Of a stretch of DNA of 50,821 nt, positions 19,074 to 28,714 are shown piece by piece. Location: positions 1-50,821 of the forward strand of contig CAJWVY010000003.1 in assembly GCA_913048135.1 (NCBI GenBank), given 5' to 3'. Numbering within the stretch: position 1 is the first letter of the stretch; every line of letters starts with the position of its first letter. The position numbers were made by a program, and so were the translations under genes. The notes under the pieces were generated by a model. It searched no databases and was not told the DNA's origin. It worked only from the letters and a program-made list of their open reading frames with translations. Source of the stretch: an uncultured Verrucomicrobiales bacterium. Lineage in GTDB: Bacteria > Verrucomicrobiota > Verrucomicrobiia > Limisphaerales > UBA1100.

Positions 19074-19247
19074 CTATGCTAGCGTTTTCAGCAGAGCGGC
19101 TACGAAAACAACCATTATCAGCGAGGCGACCCCGGCCAAGGCGATTTGCTTGGTGAACGGGGCGGATTCCACACTGTTTGCGTGGGAATCACGCTCGGAA
19201 TCGGCTGTTCCTTCGTGTTTTCCTGAAATTTGTGAGTCAAACTTCAT
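19074..19247 (-). CDS. Small 57-aa membrane protein, shorter than any ORF in the track
   Basis: MKFDSQISGKHEGTADSERDSHANSVESAPFTKQIALAGVASLIMVVFVAALLKTLA*; fills the thiH-parA gap; sigma-54 motif directly upstream. Confidence 0.6.
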   Translation of the reverse strand: MKFDSQISGKHEGTADSERDSHANSVESAPFTKQIALAGVASLIMVVFVAALLKTLA

Positions 19248-19263
19248 GTTACTTTTTTATTAC

Positions 19264-19279
19264 TGCAAGGAACGTGCCA
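19264..19279 (-). promoter_or_regulatory. Sigma-54 (-24/-12) promoter
   Basis: Minus strand TGGCAC-GTTCC-TTGCA, an exact match to TGGCAC-N5-TTGCW, intergenic and 16 nt before the ATG at 19247. Confidence 0.75.
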
Positions 19280-19341
19280 AAGGCCGTTTCGTGGGGATAA
19301 GTTTTGCTCGGAGGGCGCCGGCGGCGATTTAATCTCACGGC

Positions 19342-20211
19342 ATGCCTACCAGTGTGATTGCTGTCGCCAATCAAAAAGGAGGGGTTGGCAAAACGACGAC
19401 CTCCATCAATCTGGCTGCCAGTTTGGCAAGCCAAGGAAAAAGTGTGTTGTTGGTGGATTTGGATCCGCAAGCCAACGCAACGAGTGGCTTGGGCGTCGAG
19501 AAACGAGAAGGAGGCAGTGTGTACGAGGCGCTGGTTGGCGATGCGCTGTTGAGCGATCAAATCGTCCGCACGGTTTATGAGAATCTTTCAATTATCCCCG
19601 GTGAAGTAAACTTGTGCGGTGCGGAGATTGATCTGCCGCGCATGGAGGATTGCCTTCACCGTCTGCAGGGAGCGCTGCATTCAGTGCGAATGGCTAATGT
19701 GTATGACATCATTATGATCGATTGCCCGCCGTCGCTGGGCTCGCTGACGTTGAATGCGTTTGTAGCGTCGGATTCGCTGGTTGTGCCGATCCAGTGCGAA
19801 TACTACGCGCTGGAAGGAATCTCCATGGTGCAACGGCTAATCGATCAAGTGCGAAACTCCGGTGATAATCCAGACCTGCACATCATGGGCATCGTGATGA
19901 CCATGTACGATGGGCGCACACGCCTGTCCCAACAGGTGCTCGACGAGGTGCGCGAGCATTTTTCGAAAATCATTTTCGAAACCACCATTCCACGGGCGAC
20001 GCGATTAGCTGAAGCTCCGAGTCATGGTCAGCCGTCTTTGGTGTATGATCCGGATGGATTAGGCACTGCCGCCTACGATGTGTTGGCCGCCGAATTGATC
20101 CAGCGCCTGGCTGTGGCGAGTGCCGAGCCTGTGGCTGAGGTGCCAACGCCGGACAATGTGGTGGACGCCGCGGCATTGCAAAATCCTGAGCCAGTGCAAA
20201 ATCAGGCTTGA
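19342..20211 (+). CDS. parA: ParA/Soj-family ATPase
   Basis: NQKGGVGKTTT, DLDPQANAT, IDCPPSLG, QCEYYALEG, RLAEAPSHG. Confidence 0.92.
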   Translation: MPTSVIAVANQKGGVGKTTTSINLAASLASQGKSVLLVDLDPQANATSGLGVEKREGGSVYEALVGDALLSDQIVRTVYENLSIIPGEVNLCGAEIDLPRMEDCLHRLQGALHSVRMANVYDIIMIDCPPSLGSLTLNAFVASDSLVVPIQCEYYALEGISMVQRLIDQVRNSGDNPDLHIMGIVMTMYDGRTRLSQQVLDEVREHFSKIIFETTIPRATRLAEAPSHGQPSLVYDPDGLGTAAYDVLAAELIQRLAVASAEPVAEVPTPDNVVDAAALQNPEPVQNQA

Positions 20212-20251
20212 AGCGTTCGGCTGGTTTATCGAGACTCCCGCCTTAGTTTTC

Positions 20252-21499
20252 ATGAAAACGTATCCTCTATTGCTCGCCGCCAGCATGGCGGTTTCCGTCA
20301 CGGCCGATGAATGGCCGCAGTACCGTGGACCACATCACACCGGGGCATCCAAGGAATCATTGGCTCCGTGGGGTGCCGGTGGCTTGAAGACCGCCTGGAA
20401 GACTGCGACTCCGAATGGGTTTAGCTCCTTTGCTGTTGCCGGTGGGTTTGCAGCGACGCAGTACACGGTGCAAGGCAAAGAAACTGTTGCTGTGCTAAAA
20501 GCAGATTCAGGCCGGATGGTTTGGTCTGCGGCGCTGGATGCGGCGGACTACGGCCATGACGGCGGAAACGCCGGGGCGAATGATAACAAAGGTGGGGATG
20601 GTCCTCGATCAACGCCTTCGATTGATGGCGGTTCGGTTTATGTACTGTCTGCCGATTTTGTGTTGGGGAGTTTCTCCCTGCAAAACGGCCGGAAGCAATG
20701 GTCGCATGATTTACTGGGTGATTTTGGTGGTCAGCAGATCAAATGGAAAAACGCCGCGTCACCGGTAGTAGATGGAGATCTGGTAATCGTCGGCGGTGGC
20801 GGTGAAGGTCAGTCATTACTGGCTTTCAATAAAGCCACCGGCAAGCTCGCTTGGAAAACCGGCACCGAAACTGTGACACACGCTACACCGGTGGTGGCGG
20901 AGATTCATGGTGTCCGGCAGGTGATCTTTTTCTGTGTGTCGGGCTTGGTTTCCGTTGAGATCAATTCAGGCAAGCTCCTCTGGAAGCAGCCGTTTAAGTT
21001 CGCGGTCTCCACCGCGGCCTCGCCGGTTGTGGATGGAGACGTGGTGTTCTGCTCAGCTGGTTACGGTGTGGGTGGTGGCTCGTACAAGGTGGCGCTCAAG
21101 GGTGGTCAATGGAGCACGGACGAGATCTGGCGCATTCCCGGCCATAAGCATGTGGCAAACCACTGGAGCACGCCCGTGCTTAAAGATGGCCACTTGTATG
21201 GTATGTTTAGCTTCAAGAAATACGGCGATGGTCCGCTCAAGTGCGTGGATATCGCCACCGGTGAAATTAAGTGGGAACAGGAAGGCTTCGGCGCCGGCAA
21301 TGTGATTCGCGTGGGGGACAATATTCTGGCGCTCACCGATTACGGCAAGCTCGTGCTCGTGGCTGGCTCCCCTGCAGGTTACAAGCAACTGGCGGAGTCC
21401 AAGGGCGTGGCTGGAAAATGCTGGAGCACGCCGGTGCTGGCTGACGGTGTTATATATGTTCGCAGCACAACAGAGGGTGCAGCTTACCAAGTGAGATAG
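20252..21499 (+). CDS. Exported PQQ-like beta-propeller protein (BamB-like repeats); start moved to ATG 20252
   Basis: Signal peptide then EWPQYRGP; GPRSTP, ASPVV, STPVL repeats. Confidence 0.85.
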   Translation: MKTYPLLLAASMAVSVTADEWPQYRGPHHTGASKESLAPWGAGGLKTAWKTATPNGFSSFAVAGGFAATQYTVQGKETVAVLKADSGRMVWSAALDAADYGHDGGNAGANDNKGGDGPRSTPSIDGGSVYVLSADFVLGSFSLQNGRKQWSHDLLGDFGGQQIKWKNAASPVVDGDLVIVGGGGEGQSLLAFNKATGKLAWKTGTETVTHATPVVAEIHGVRQVIFFCVSGLVSVEINSGKLLWKQPFKFAVSTAASPVVDGDVVFCSAGYGVGGGSYKVALKGGQWSTDEIWRIPGHKHVANHWSTPVLKDGHLYGMFSFKKYGDGPLKCVDIATGEIKWEQEGFGAGNVIRVGDNILALTDYGKLVLVAGSPAGYKQLAESKGVAGKCWSTPVLADGVIYVRSTTEGAAYQVR

Positions 21500-21525
21500 G
21501 GCTTTTTCAAAATAGTGCACATATA

Positions 21526-22245
21526 ATGGCAAAGCTTAAAGTTGAAATGGAAATAGAGCAGGCGACCATGGAGTTGCCTGATACGAAGACACTGAAATTC
21601 AAGTGGCCTGAAGGCTACGATTTGGACTTCAAGACCGGCCAGTTTATTACTGTGTGGTGGCCGCATCATCCGAAGTATAAGCGTGCATATTCGCTGAGTT
21701 CCTGCGCGCTGGACCGAGGCAGTTTTGAGGTAACGGTCAAGCGTGACGGCAAGATGGGGACCAGTATTGTCGACTGGGCTGAAGAGGGCGACGTGATGGG
21801 AGTGATCGAGCCGGTTGGCAAGTTCCTGCCTGTCTTCGATCCGCCGGGGCGTCATTTGATCTGCATCGCAGGCGGCTCAGGCGTGACGCCATTCCGTGGG
21901 TTTGTACGCGAAGCGACTCGCCGCAATTTGGACACCAAAATTACCGTGCTTTATACCGTGCGCACGACCGATGACATTATCTTCAATGAAGAATTCCGTG
22001 AGCTGGAGAAGGAGAACTCCAACTTCAAGTTTCTCGTGACCTGTACGCGCCTGGCGGATGACGATCCTTGGGAAGGGCGCCGAGGCCGCATTGATGCGGA
22101 CTGGATTAAGGAACACATCGATGACCTCGACAGCACGGTCTTTTACGCATGCGGACCGAATGCGCTGGTGGAAATGGCCGAAACGCTGGCTAAGGACGAA
22201 CTCGGCGCGTCCAAGGAACAGGTGATCCTCGAGAAGTGGGGTTAA
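21526..22245 (+). CDS. FAD/NAD(P)-binding oxidoreductase (ferredoxin-reductase fold, no 2Fe-2S domain)
   Basis: GQF, RAYSLSS, VKRDGKMG, IAGGSGVTPF, YACGP. Confidence 0.88.
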   Translation: MAKLKVEMEIEQATMELPDTKTLKFKWPEGYDLDFKTGQFITVWWPHHPKYKRAYSLSSCALDRGSFEVTVKRDGKMGTSIVDWAEEGDVMGVIEPVGKFLPVFDPPGRHLICIAGGSGVTPFRGFVREATRRNLDTKITVLYTVRTTDDIIFNEEFRELEKENSNFKFLVTCTRLADDDPWEGRRGRIDADWIKEHIDDLDSTVFYACGPNALVEMAETLAKDELGASKEQVILEKWG

Positions 22246-22248
22246 TGA

Positions 22249-23376
22249 ATGGTGGATCCGCGGCGCACGGCTCTATATGAGACGCATCAGGCTTTAGGGG
22301 CTAGCTGCATTGATTTTGGCGGGTGGGAAATGCCCGTTCAATACTCGGGCATCGTTGATGAACACCGCGCTGTACGCGAGGCGTGCGGCCTGTTTGATAT
22401 CTCCCACATGGGGGAATTGATGGTCGGCGGTGCACGCGCTGCGGAGTTTCTCGATCACGCCCTCACCAACACGGCCTCCAAGCTGGACGTGGGAGACGCC
22501 CAGTATTCGCTCATGTGTAATGATCGCGGCGGCGTGTTGGATGATCTCTATGTTTACCGGATTGCCAAAGAAGTCTATTTGTTGGTGGTCAATGCCTCAC
22601 GCATCGCGGAAGACTTGGCGGAATTGCAGCGGCTGGTTGCAGAGTTCGAATCCACGCGCACAGTCAATGTGGTGGACGAGTCAGACAATCTGTCAGCAGT
22701 GGCCGTGCAGGGACCGCACGTGAACCGTTTCGTAAGCCAGCTCTTCACCATGTCCGGGCTCATCGCCGTGGAACGCCCCACGGCGCTGGAGAAAAACCAA
22801 ATCGATGCGTTTATTTTCGAGGGCAAGGACGTGTACGTGTCGCGCACCGGTTACACCGGCCAGGACGGCTTTGAACTGATCGCGCCGAATGAAATCATCA
22901 CAATCCTATGGGAGCGGCTCATGGAATTGGGAAGCGACCACGGCATCAAACCAGCCGGGCTGGGTGCGCGCGATACCTTGCGCATGGAAATGGGGTATCC
23001 GTTGTACGGTCACGAATTAAGCGAAGGGGTTTCTCCGCTGGAAGCTGGATTGGGATTTTTCGTGGATATGGAAAAATCATTCCGAGGGCGTGGGGAGCTG
23101 GGCTTTCAAAAGAAAGAAGGCGTAACCCGCCGCAATATGGCCTTTGCCATGACCGCCAAATCGCCACCGCCTCGCGAGGGCTATACCGTATGGATCGGCG
23201 ATGAGGAAATTGGCGTCGTGACCAGCGGCACTCAAAGCCCTTCGCTTCAGACGGGCATCGGCATGGCGTACATTAATCAACCCCACGCCAAGCGTGGCAC
23301 AGAAATCGAAATCGAAATTCGGGGCCGCCGTTTCCCGGCGGAACTCCGCAAGAAACCTTTATACCAAAAAACATGA
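22249..23376 (+). CDS. gcvT: Glycine cleavage system T protein
   Basis: FGGWEMPVQY, FDISHMGE, SRTGYTGQDGFE, GLGARDTLRMEMGYPLYGHEL. Confidence 0.95.
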   Translation: MVDPRRTALYETHQALGASCIDFGGWEMPVQYSGIVDEHRAVREACGLFDISHMGELMVGGARAAEFLDHALTNTASKLDVGDAQYSLMCNDRGGVLDDLYVYRIAKEVYLLVVNASRIAEDLAELQRLVAEFESTRTVNVVDESDNLSAVAVQGPHVNRFVSQLFTMSGLIAVERPTALEKNQIDAFIFEGKDVYVSRTGYTGQDGFELIAPNEIITILWERLMELGSDHGIKPAGLGARDTLRMEMGYPLYGHELSEGVSPLEAGLGFFVDMEKSFRGRGELGFQKKEGVTRRNMAFAMTAKSPPPREGYTVWIGDEEIGVVTSGTQSPSLQTGIGMAYINQPHAKRGTEIEIEIRGRRFPAELRKKPLYQKT

Positions 23377-23759
23377 GCAGCATTCCTGATAACCTTAAAT
23401 ATACCGCCTCACATGAATGGATCCGTATTGAGGGCGATACTGCGGTGGTCGGCATCACCGATCACGCTCAAGCCGAGCTGACTGATATCGTGTATGTGGA
23501 GCTGCCGGAAGTGGGCCGCACATTGGCAGTGGGCGAAGGGTGTGGTGTTGTTGAATCGGTCAAAACGGCTAGTGATTTGTACGCGCCAATCGCCGGTGAA
23601 ATCACCGAGATTAACAGCGCTCTTGAAGATGCCCCCGAACAGGTCAATGAAAGCCCTTACGATGAGGGGTGGTTTTTCAAATTGAAACTCTCCGGTGAAC
23701 CCGACTTATCCGGCGCACTGGACGCAGCGGGCTACGCTTCGCAGATCGGCGAAAGTTAA
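23373..23759 (+). CDS. gcvH: Glycine cleavage system H protein
   Basis: YTASHEW, GITDHAQ, VESVKTASD (lipoyl-Lys), NESPYDEGW. Confidence 0.96.
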   Translation: MSSIPDNLKYTASHEWIRIEGDTAVVGITDHAQAELTDIVYVELPEVGRTLAVGEGCGVVESVKTASDLYAPIAGEITEINSALEDAPEQVNESPYDEGWFFKLKLSGEPDLSGALDAAGYASQIGES

Positions 23760-23763
23760 TCGC

Positions 23764-25326
23764 ATGCACGCTTTTCGAGCGGCGCTTTTTTTCTGCACTT
23801 TCAGCCTGCCGCTCGATGCGGCGGTGGACTTAGTGCTACGCAACGGGCTCGTCTACGACGGCACTGGTCGGGAGCCTGTTCAGGCCAATGTTTCCATACA
23901 TCAGGGGCGCATCGTTGCGGTTGATCAAAATCCTGTTCGTGGCCGACAAATTTTGGATGCCACAGGGCTCGTTGTGGTGCCCGGTTTTATCGACGTTCAT
24001 ACCCATGCGGAAAACATCATCTACCATCCCAAGGCGGAGAATTTCCTGCGCATGGGCGTCACCACGCTCGTGCTTGGGAATTGTGGTTCGTCCAAGCTGG
24101 ACATCGGCGAGTTCTTTGGGCGCATGAATCAAATAGGGTTTTCGCCTAACATTTCCTCATTGATCGGCCATGGAACAGTTCGCAATCAGGTTATGGGCAA
24201 ATCCTTTCGTCGACCGCCCACAGCAAGAGAACTTGAGGAAATGCAGTTATATATTACCAAAGGCATGAACGATGGGGCGTTGGGAATGTCCACCGGTTTG
24301 ATTTATCTTCCTGGTACTTTTGCCAAAACCGATGAGCTGGTTGACTTGTCGAGAACAGTCTCGGAACACGGAGGTATTTACGTCAGCCATATGCGGAGCG
24401 AGGGCACTAATATTTTCAAGGCGGTGGATGAGGTGTGTCGCATCGGCCGCGAAGCCAAATTGCCTGTGCATATTTCCCATTTGAAACTTGCTGGGCGACC
24501 GATGTGGGGGCGGCATCACGCACTGCTGGCCAGGCTCGATGCCGCCCGGAAGGAAGGGCTCCGGTTGACGCATGATCAGTACGCCTACACAGCTTCCAGC
24601 ACGAGCCTCAAACAGCTGCTTCCCGATGACCTGTTGGCTGGTGGTGTGGCCGCTTACGCGGAACGTATCCGAGATCGTGAGCGTTATGCGAAAACAGCCG
24701 CGTGGATGAAATCTAGGTTAAAGGCCCGCCAACGTGAAGATTACTCGTACGCCGTGATCGCCTGGCACAAAAAAGATCCTCGGTACAACGGATTAAGTGT
24801 CGTGCAGGCCGCGCAATTACGTTATGGGGCTGCGACTCTGGATCATCAGATCGCCTTGATTATGGAGGTCGAATTGAATGGCGGTGCGAGCGCTGTTTTT
24901 CATGGGATGAGCGAAGAGGATGCGCGCGCGTTTTTGAAGCATCCGAAAACCATGTTTGCCAGCGACAGCAGCGTGCGCGCCTTTAATCAGGGTGTGCCGC
25001 ATCCGCGAGGCTACGGAAACGCCGCTCGGTTTCTAGGGCATTATGTACGTGAGCACGAGCAACTGCCGCTGACCGAGGGCATTCGCAAACTCACCGACTT
25101 GCCGGCGCGCACGTTTCAATTACATGGGCGCGGCCGTTTGCAGGCAGGTTTCGCGGGAGATGTCGTGGTGTTCGATCCGACTATGGTTAAGGATAATGCC
25201 ACCTTTAAAAAACCGCATGCTTACGCCACTGGGTTTCGTTGGGTGATTGTCAATGGCGTGGTGGTTGTAGAAAATGATCGCCACAATGGCGCCGGGCCGG
25301 GGCAAATTATTCGCCGGGCCCAGTGA
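23764..25326 (+). CDS. Exported N-acyl-D-amino-acid deacylase family amidohydrolase; start moved to ATG 23764
   Basis: Signal peptide; PGFIDVHTH, GNCG, STGLIYLPG, SHMRSE, HISHLK, PHPRGYG. Confidence 0.88.
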   Translation: MHAFRAALFFCTFSLPLDAAVDLVLRNGLVYDGTGREPVQANVSIHQGRIVAVDQNPVRGRQILDATGLVVVPGFIDVHTHAENIIYHPKAENFLRMGVTTLVLGNCGSSKLDIGEFFGRMNQIGFSPNISSLIGHGTVRNQVMGKSFRRPPTARELEEMQLYITKGMNDGALGMSTGLIYLPGTFAKTDELVDLSRTVSEHGGIYVSHMRSEGTNIFKAVDEVCRIGREAKLPVHISHLKLAGRPMWGRHHALLARLDAARKEGLRLTHDQYAYTASSTSLKQLLPDDLLAGGVAAYAERIRDRERYAKTAAWMKSRLKARQREDYSYAVIAWHKKDPRYNGLSVVQAAQLRYGAATLDHQIALIMEVELNGGASAVFHGMSEEDARAFLKHPKTMFASDSSVRAFNQGVPHPRGYGNAARFLGHYVREHEQLPLTEGIRKLTDLPARTFQLHGRGRLQAGFAGDVVVFDPTMVKDNATFKKPHAYATGFRWVIVNGVVVVENDRHNGAGPGQIIRRAQ

Positions 25327-25350
25327 GAAAATCAGCCCCATTATAACTCG

Positions 25351-26460
25351 ATGACAAAGCAGGCTTTTACTCCGCCCCAACGCACACTCATGGGCCCCGG
25401 GCCCAGTGATGTGCCGCCCTCCGTGCTCGAGGCCATGGGGCAATCCTTGGTCGGGCATCTGGATCCATCATTTGTGACGATGATGGAGGAAATCAAAGAT
25501 ATGCTGCGGCAGGTGTTTCTTACAGAAAACGAAATGACATTTCCTATTAGCGGCACAGGCAGTGCCGGCATGGAATTTTGTTTTACCAATCTCATTGAGC
25601 CGGGCGACGAGGTGGTGGTTGGGATCAACGGTGTTTTCGGAACCCGCATGGCTGATGTAGCGGCGCGCTGCGGCGCTGAAGTGGTGAAGGTAGAGGCGGA
25701 ATGGGGCCACATTATAGAGCCGGCGCAGATCGCCGAGGCGCTCAACGGCCGGAGCCCCAAGCTCGTGGCGATTGTGCACGCGGAAACTTCAACCGGCGCG
25801 TTGACGCCTTTGAGCGAAATTTCAAAGCTGACCCATGACGCCGGCGCGTTGTTCATGGTGGATTCGGTGACCTCGCTGGGAGGTTGCCCAGTGCGTGTCG
25901 ATGATTGGGGAGTGGATGCCATTTATAGCGGCACACAAAAATGCCTGAGTTGCCCGCCCGGTTTGGCGCCGGTTTCTCTGAGTCCTCGGGCTATGGAAGC
26001 CATTGCGGGTCGAAAAACCGCCGTTCAAAGCTGGTATCTCGACGTCAATCTTCTGGCTAACTACTGGGGTGATGGCGCGCGGGTTTATCACCACACGGCG
26101 CCGATCACGATGAACTATGCTCTGCACGAATCGTTGCGGCTGATCCTTGATGAAGGGCTGGAAAATCGCTGGGCCCGTCATGAGGCCAATCATGTCCGGC
26201 TGAAAAATGGGTTGTCTGAATTAAGCTTGCGCATCGCCTCACAGAAAGGCCATCAGCTCTGGCAGCTCAACGCCGTCACCGTTCCGGAAGGGGCGGATGA
26301 GGCCGGTATTCGCAAGGCGCTCTTGAATGATCACGGTATTGAGATCGGCCCGGGACTGGGGCCATTGGCCGGCAAGGTGTGGCGCATTGGCCTGATGGGC
26401 TATTCTTCTAGCGAGGAAAATGTGGACCGCGTGCTGGCGGCGCTCAAGACGCTTTTGTAG
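25351..26460 (+). CDS. Alanine--glyoxylate/serine--pyruvate aminotransferase (class V PLP)
   Basis: [55 protein letters not shown]. Confidence 0.92.
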   Translation: MTKQAFTPPQRTLMGPGPSDVPPSVLEAMGQSLVGHLDPSFVTMMEEIKDMLRQVFLTENEMTFPISGTGSAGMEFCFTNLIEPGDEVVVGINGVFGTRMADVAARCGAEVVKVEAEWGHIIEPAQIAEALNGRSPKLVAIVHAETSTGALTPLSEISKLTHDAGALFMVDSVTSLGGCPVRVDDWGVDAIYSGTQKCLSCPPGLAPVSLSPRAMEAIAGRKTAVQSWYLDVNLLANYWGDGARVYHHTAPITMNYALHESLRLILDEGLENRWARHEANHVRLKNGLSELSLRIASQKGHQLWQLNAVTVPEGADEAGIRKALLNDHGIEIGPGLGPLAGKVWRIGLMGYSSSEENVDRVLAALKTLL

Positions 26461-27427
26461 CAACCCGTAAAAGAGCGTTGACCCGCGTGAAATGTTCGGG
26501 CGGGAAACCCATCGCCTGCTTTGTTTGATAGTCTGCTTGGATGGGGTTGTCGATTTTCCGGATGGCATCCCATTGATCCGAATCAATCAAACCGCGCAGC
26601 CATGCAGGGAATGGCGAGGTCGGCACGGGATAATCACTGCCATGAACCAGACGCGAAGCAAGGAGTTCATTTTCTAGGCAAGGACGCAAGCCGTGGCTGC
26701 GTGTGAGGACATTTAAGGCGCTACTGTCCGCATATAAATTGGAGTGCTCCGCCATCATTTCAATAAGCTTCGGCACATAATTGGGATCCATCAAGCCGCT
26801 GCCGGTGGCGGCGTGAGCGGCGATAACGTTCACGCCGCATTCCAGCGGCAGCCGGAGTATTTCAGGATTGGCGTAATCGGCGTTGATCACCTCCAAGGTA
26901 TGCTCCCCTCCGGTGTGGGCCAAAAGCGGAAGGCCGGCTTCGGCCATACGATTCCAAAACGGCCTGAATCGGCTATCGCTGCAATTAATGTTCTGGCAGT
27001 TCGGTAGACATTTCATCATGACCGCACCGTCTTCCAGACAGCGGTCGAGTTCCTCCATCGCATCCGGGCGGGCAGGGTGGATGGAAACGGCCGGGATGAA
27101 CTCCTCGTGGTCACGCGCCAGTTGGAGCACGTATTCGTTGGGCACAAAGGCATTCCCTGCATCCGACCAAAGTGAGCCATCCTCGCGGTAAACGGCTTCC
27201 TGCGCCAGAAGGCAAACGGCATCAATTTTCGAACCCCGAATAAAACCAAGCAGCCGATCCCGGAACAGGTCATCGAAGTCCGGTGATTGAAGGTGCGAAT
27301 AGCGAAGCCCCAGTTTACGGAGCATCAAGCTATAGAGCGGCGCCTTGAAGCCGGTGGCGCGCACCCAGCACCCGTTCCCACTGACTGCATTGCCCACCAT
27401 GTGCACATGCATATCGATGATTTTCAT
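26444..27427 (-). CDS. Amidohydrolase_2 family metal-dependent hydrolase
   Basis: IDMHVH, SIHP, HTGGEH, IAAH, HGSDYP. Confidence 0.85.
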   Translation of the reverse strand: MKIIDMHVHMVGNAVSGNGCWVRATGFKAPLYSLMLRKLGLRYSHLQSPDFDDLFRDRLLGFIRGSKIDAVCLLAQEAVYREDGSLWSDAGNAFVPNEYVLQLARDHEEFIPAVSIHPARPDAMEELDRCLEDGAVMMKCLPNCQNINCSDSRFRPFWNRMAEAGLPLLAHTGGEHTLEVINADYANPEILRLPLECGVNVIAAHAATGSGLMDPNYVPKLIEMMAEHSNLYADSSALNVLTRSHGLRPCLENELLASRLVHGSDYPVPTSPFPAWLRGLIDSDQWDAIRKIDNPIQADYQTKQAMGFPPEHFTRVNALLRVATKAS

Positions 27428-27450
27428 GATGAGCGAAGGCGATCAGGTAA

Positions 27451-27542
27451 TGGCGGAAGGGGTGGGATTCGAACCCACGGAACAGTTTCCCGTTCACTCG
27501 ATTTCGAATCGAGCGCCTTAAGCCGGACTCAGCCACCCTTCC
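27451..27542 (-). tRNA. tRNA-Ser(CGA) with long variable arm and encoded CCA
   Basis: GGAAGGG acceptor stem pairs with CCCTTCC-G-CCA; anticodon arm CTCGA-TTCGAAA-TCGAG; T-loop GTTCGAATC. Confidence 0.97.
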
Positions 27543-27550
27543 GTTGGCGT

Positions 27551-27579
27551 ACTCTAGACGTGGGGCATGGGCGGGGCAA
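27551..27579 (-). promoter_or_regulatory. Promoter of tRNA-Ser
   Basis: TTGCCC-17 bp-TAGAGT, 8 nt before the mature 5' end. Confidence 0.65.
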
Positions 27580-27649
27580 ATTGATTCTGTTAATAATTGG
27601 TAGGACCGATGCTCGACGTCTCTTGGCTCCTCCGGTTTACTGCGCCGCG

Positions 27650-28714
27650 GTGATTGACCGGGAGGATTTGCTGAGTGCGTTTGTGGCCGACTTGGAAGAG
27701 GCTGAATGGACGGCGCTCGATACGGAGGCGGATAGTTTGCATGCTTATCCGGAAAAACTTTGCCTGATTCAAATCACGATTCCCGGCCAGGACGTCCTCG
27801 TCGATCCTTTGGCACAGCTGGATCTGAGCGGTTTGTTTGCTGCATTAAATCGGCACACGATCCTCATGCACGGAGCGGATTACGATGTGCGCCTTTTCAA
27901 GTTAGGGCATGATTTTGTGCCCAACCGAATTTTCGACACGATGCTGGCTGCACGGCTTACAGGCCGTACTTCCTTTGGGTTATCTCATTTATGTCAGGAA
28001 ATCCTTGGAGTCGAGCTTGAGAAAACATCCCAGAAAGCAAACTGGGCGCAGCGTCCCTTGACGGAAAAGATGGAGGAATATGCCCGTAATGACACCCGCC
28101 ATTTACGCCCACTCGTAGATGCTTTGCGCGATGAGTTGCGAGCCAAGGGCCGCACGGATTGGCATGCGCAGGAATGCGACCGATTGGTGCGTGATAACTC
28201 TGCCCCTCGTAAAGTAGACCCTGATCAGGTTTGGCGAATCAAAGGCAGCGCCAAATTAGAGCCGCGAGCCTTGGCCGTGCTGCGTGAATTATGGAATTGG
28301 CGGGAGAAAGAGGCGCAGCGCAGGAATCGGCCGCCATTCTTTATCCTCACACCGGATGCCATGATCAAGATGTCCGAATCTCTACAAACGGGTAAGGATG
28401 CAAATGACTTTATCCCCAAGCGCATGCCCGAGCATCGTCGCCGCGAGGTGCAGCGCTGTATCAAAGCTGGGCGCGCAGTGGCCGAAAATGATTGCCCGGC
28501 CAAGCACCGACCACCTCCGCGTAAACACATTTCACCGGCTCAAAAGAAACGCTTTGAAGAAATCCAATCCCGCCGGAACCGGGAGGCGGACAAATTGGAA
28601 ATCGATCCTACGATTATTGCGAGCCGAGCCACGATGGTGCGGCTGGCTTGTGAGGCAGACGGGGTGTTTGAGGATGTGCTCCCGTGGCAGCGCTCTCTGC
28701 TGGGCGTAGATTAG
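27650..28714 (+). CDS. rnd: Ribonuclease D (DEDD exonuclease + HRDC); start moved to GTG 27650
   Basis: ALDTEADSLHAY, HGADYD, FDTMLAA, NWAQRPL, YARND, WREKEAQRRNRPPF. The track ORF's N-terminus overlaps the tRNA. Confidence 0.9.
   Translation: MIDREDLLSAFVADLEEAEWTALDTEADSLHAYPEKLCLIQITIPGQDVLVDPLAQLDLSGLFAALNRHTILMHGADYDVRLFKLGHDFVPNRIFDTMLAARLTGRTSFGLSHLCQEILGVELEKTSQKANWAQRPLTEKMEEYARNDTRHLRPLVDALRDELRAKGRTDWHAQECDRLVRDNSAPRKVDPDQVWRIKGSAKLEPRALAVLRELWNWREKEAQRRNRPPFFILTPDAMIKMSESLQTGKDANDFIPKRMPEHRRREVQRCIKAGRAVAENDCPAKHRPPPRKHISPAQKKRFEEIQSRRNREADKLEIDPTIIASRATMVRLACEADGVFEDVLPWQRSLLGVD

Noticed and set aside
19021-19341. TPP riboswitch upstream of thiH
   Set aside because: No recognisable TPP aptamer core; the space is taken by a promoter and the small ORF
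22200-22260. Glycine riboswitch before gcvT
   Set aside because: Only 3 bp separate gcvT from the upstream gene
27400-27545. tRNA-Ser as integration site of a genomic island
   Set aside because: No integrase and no duplicated tRNA 3' end seen; flanks are ordinary genes
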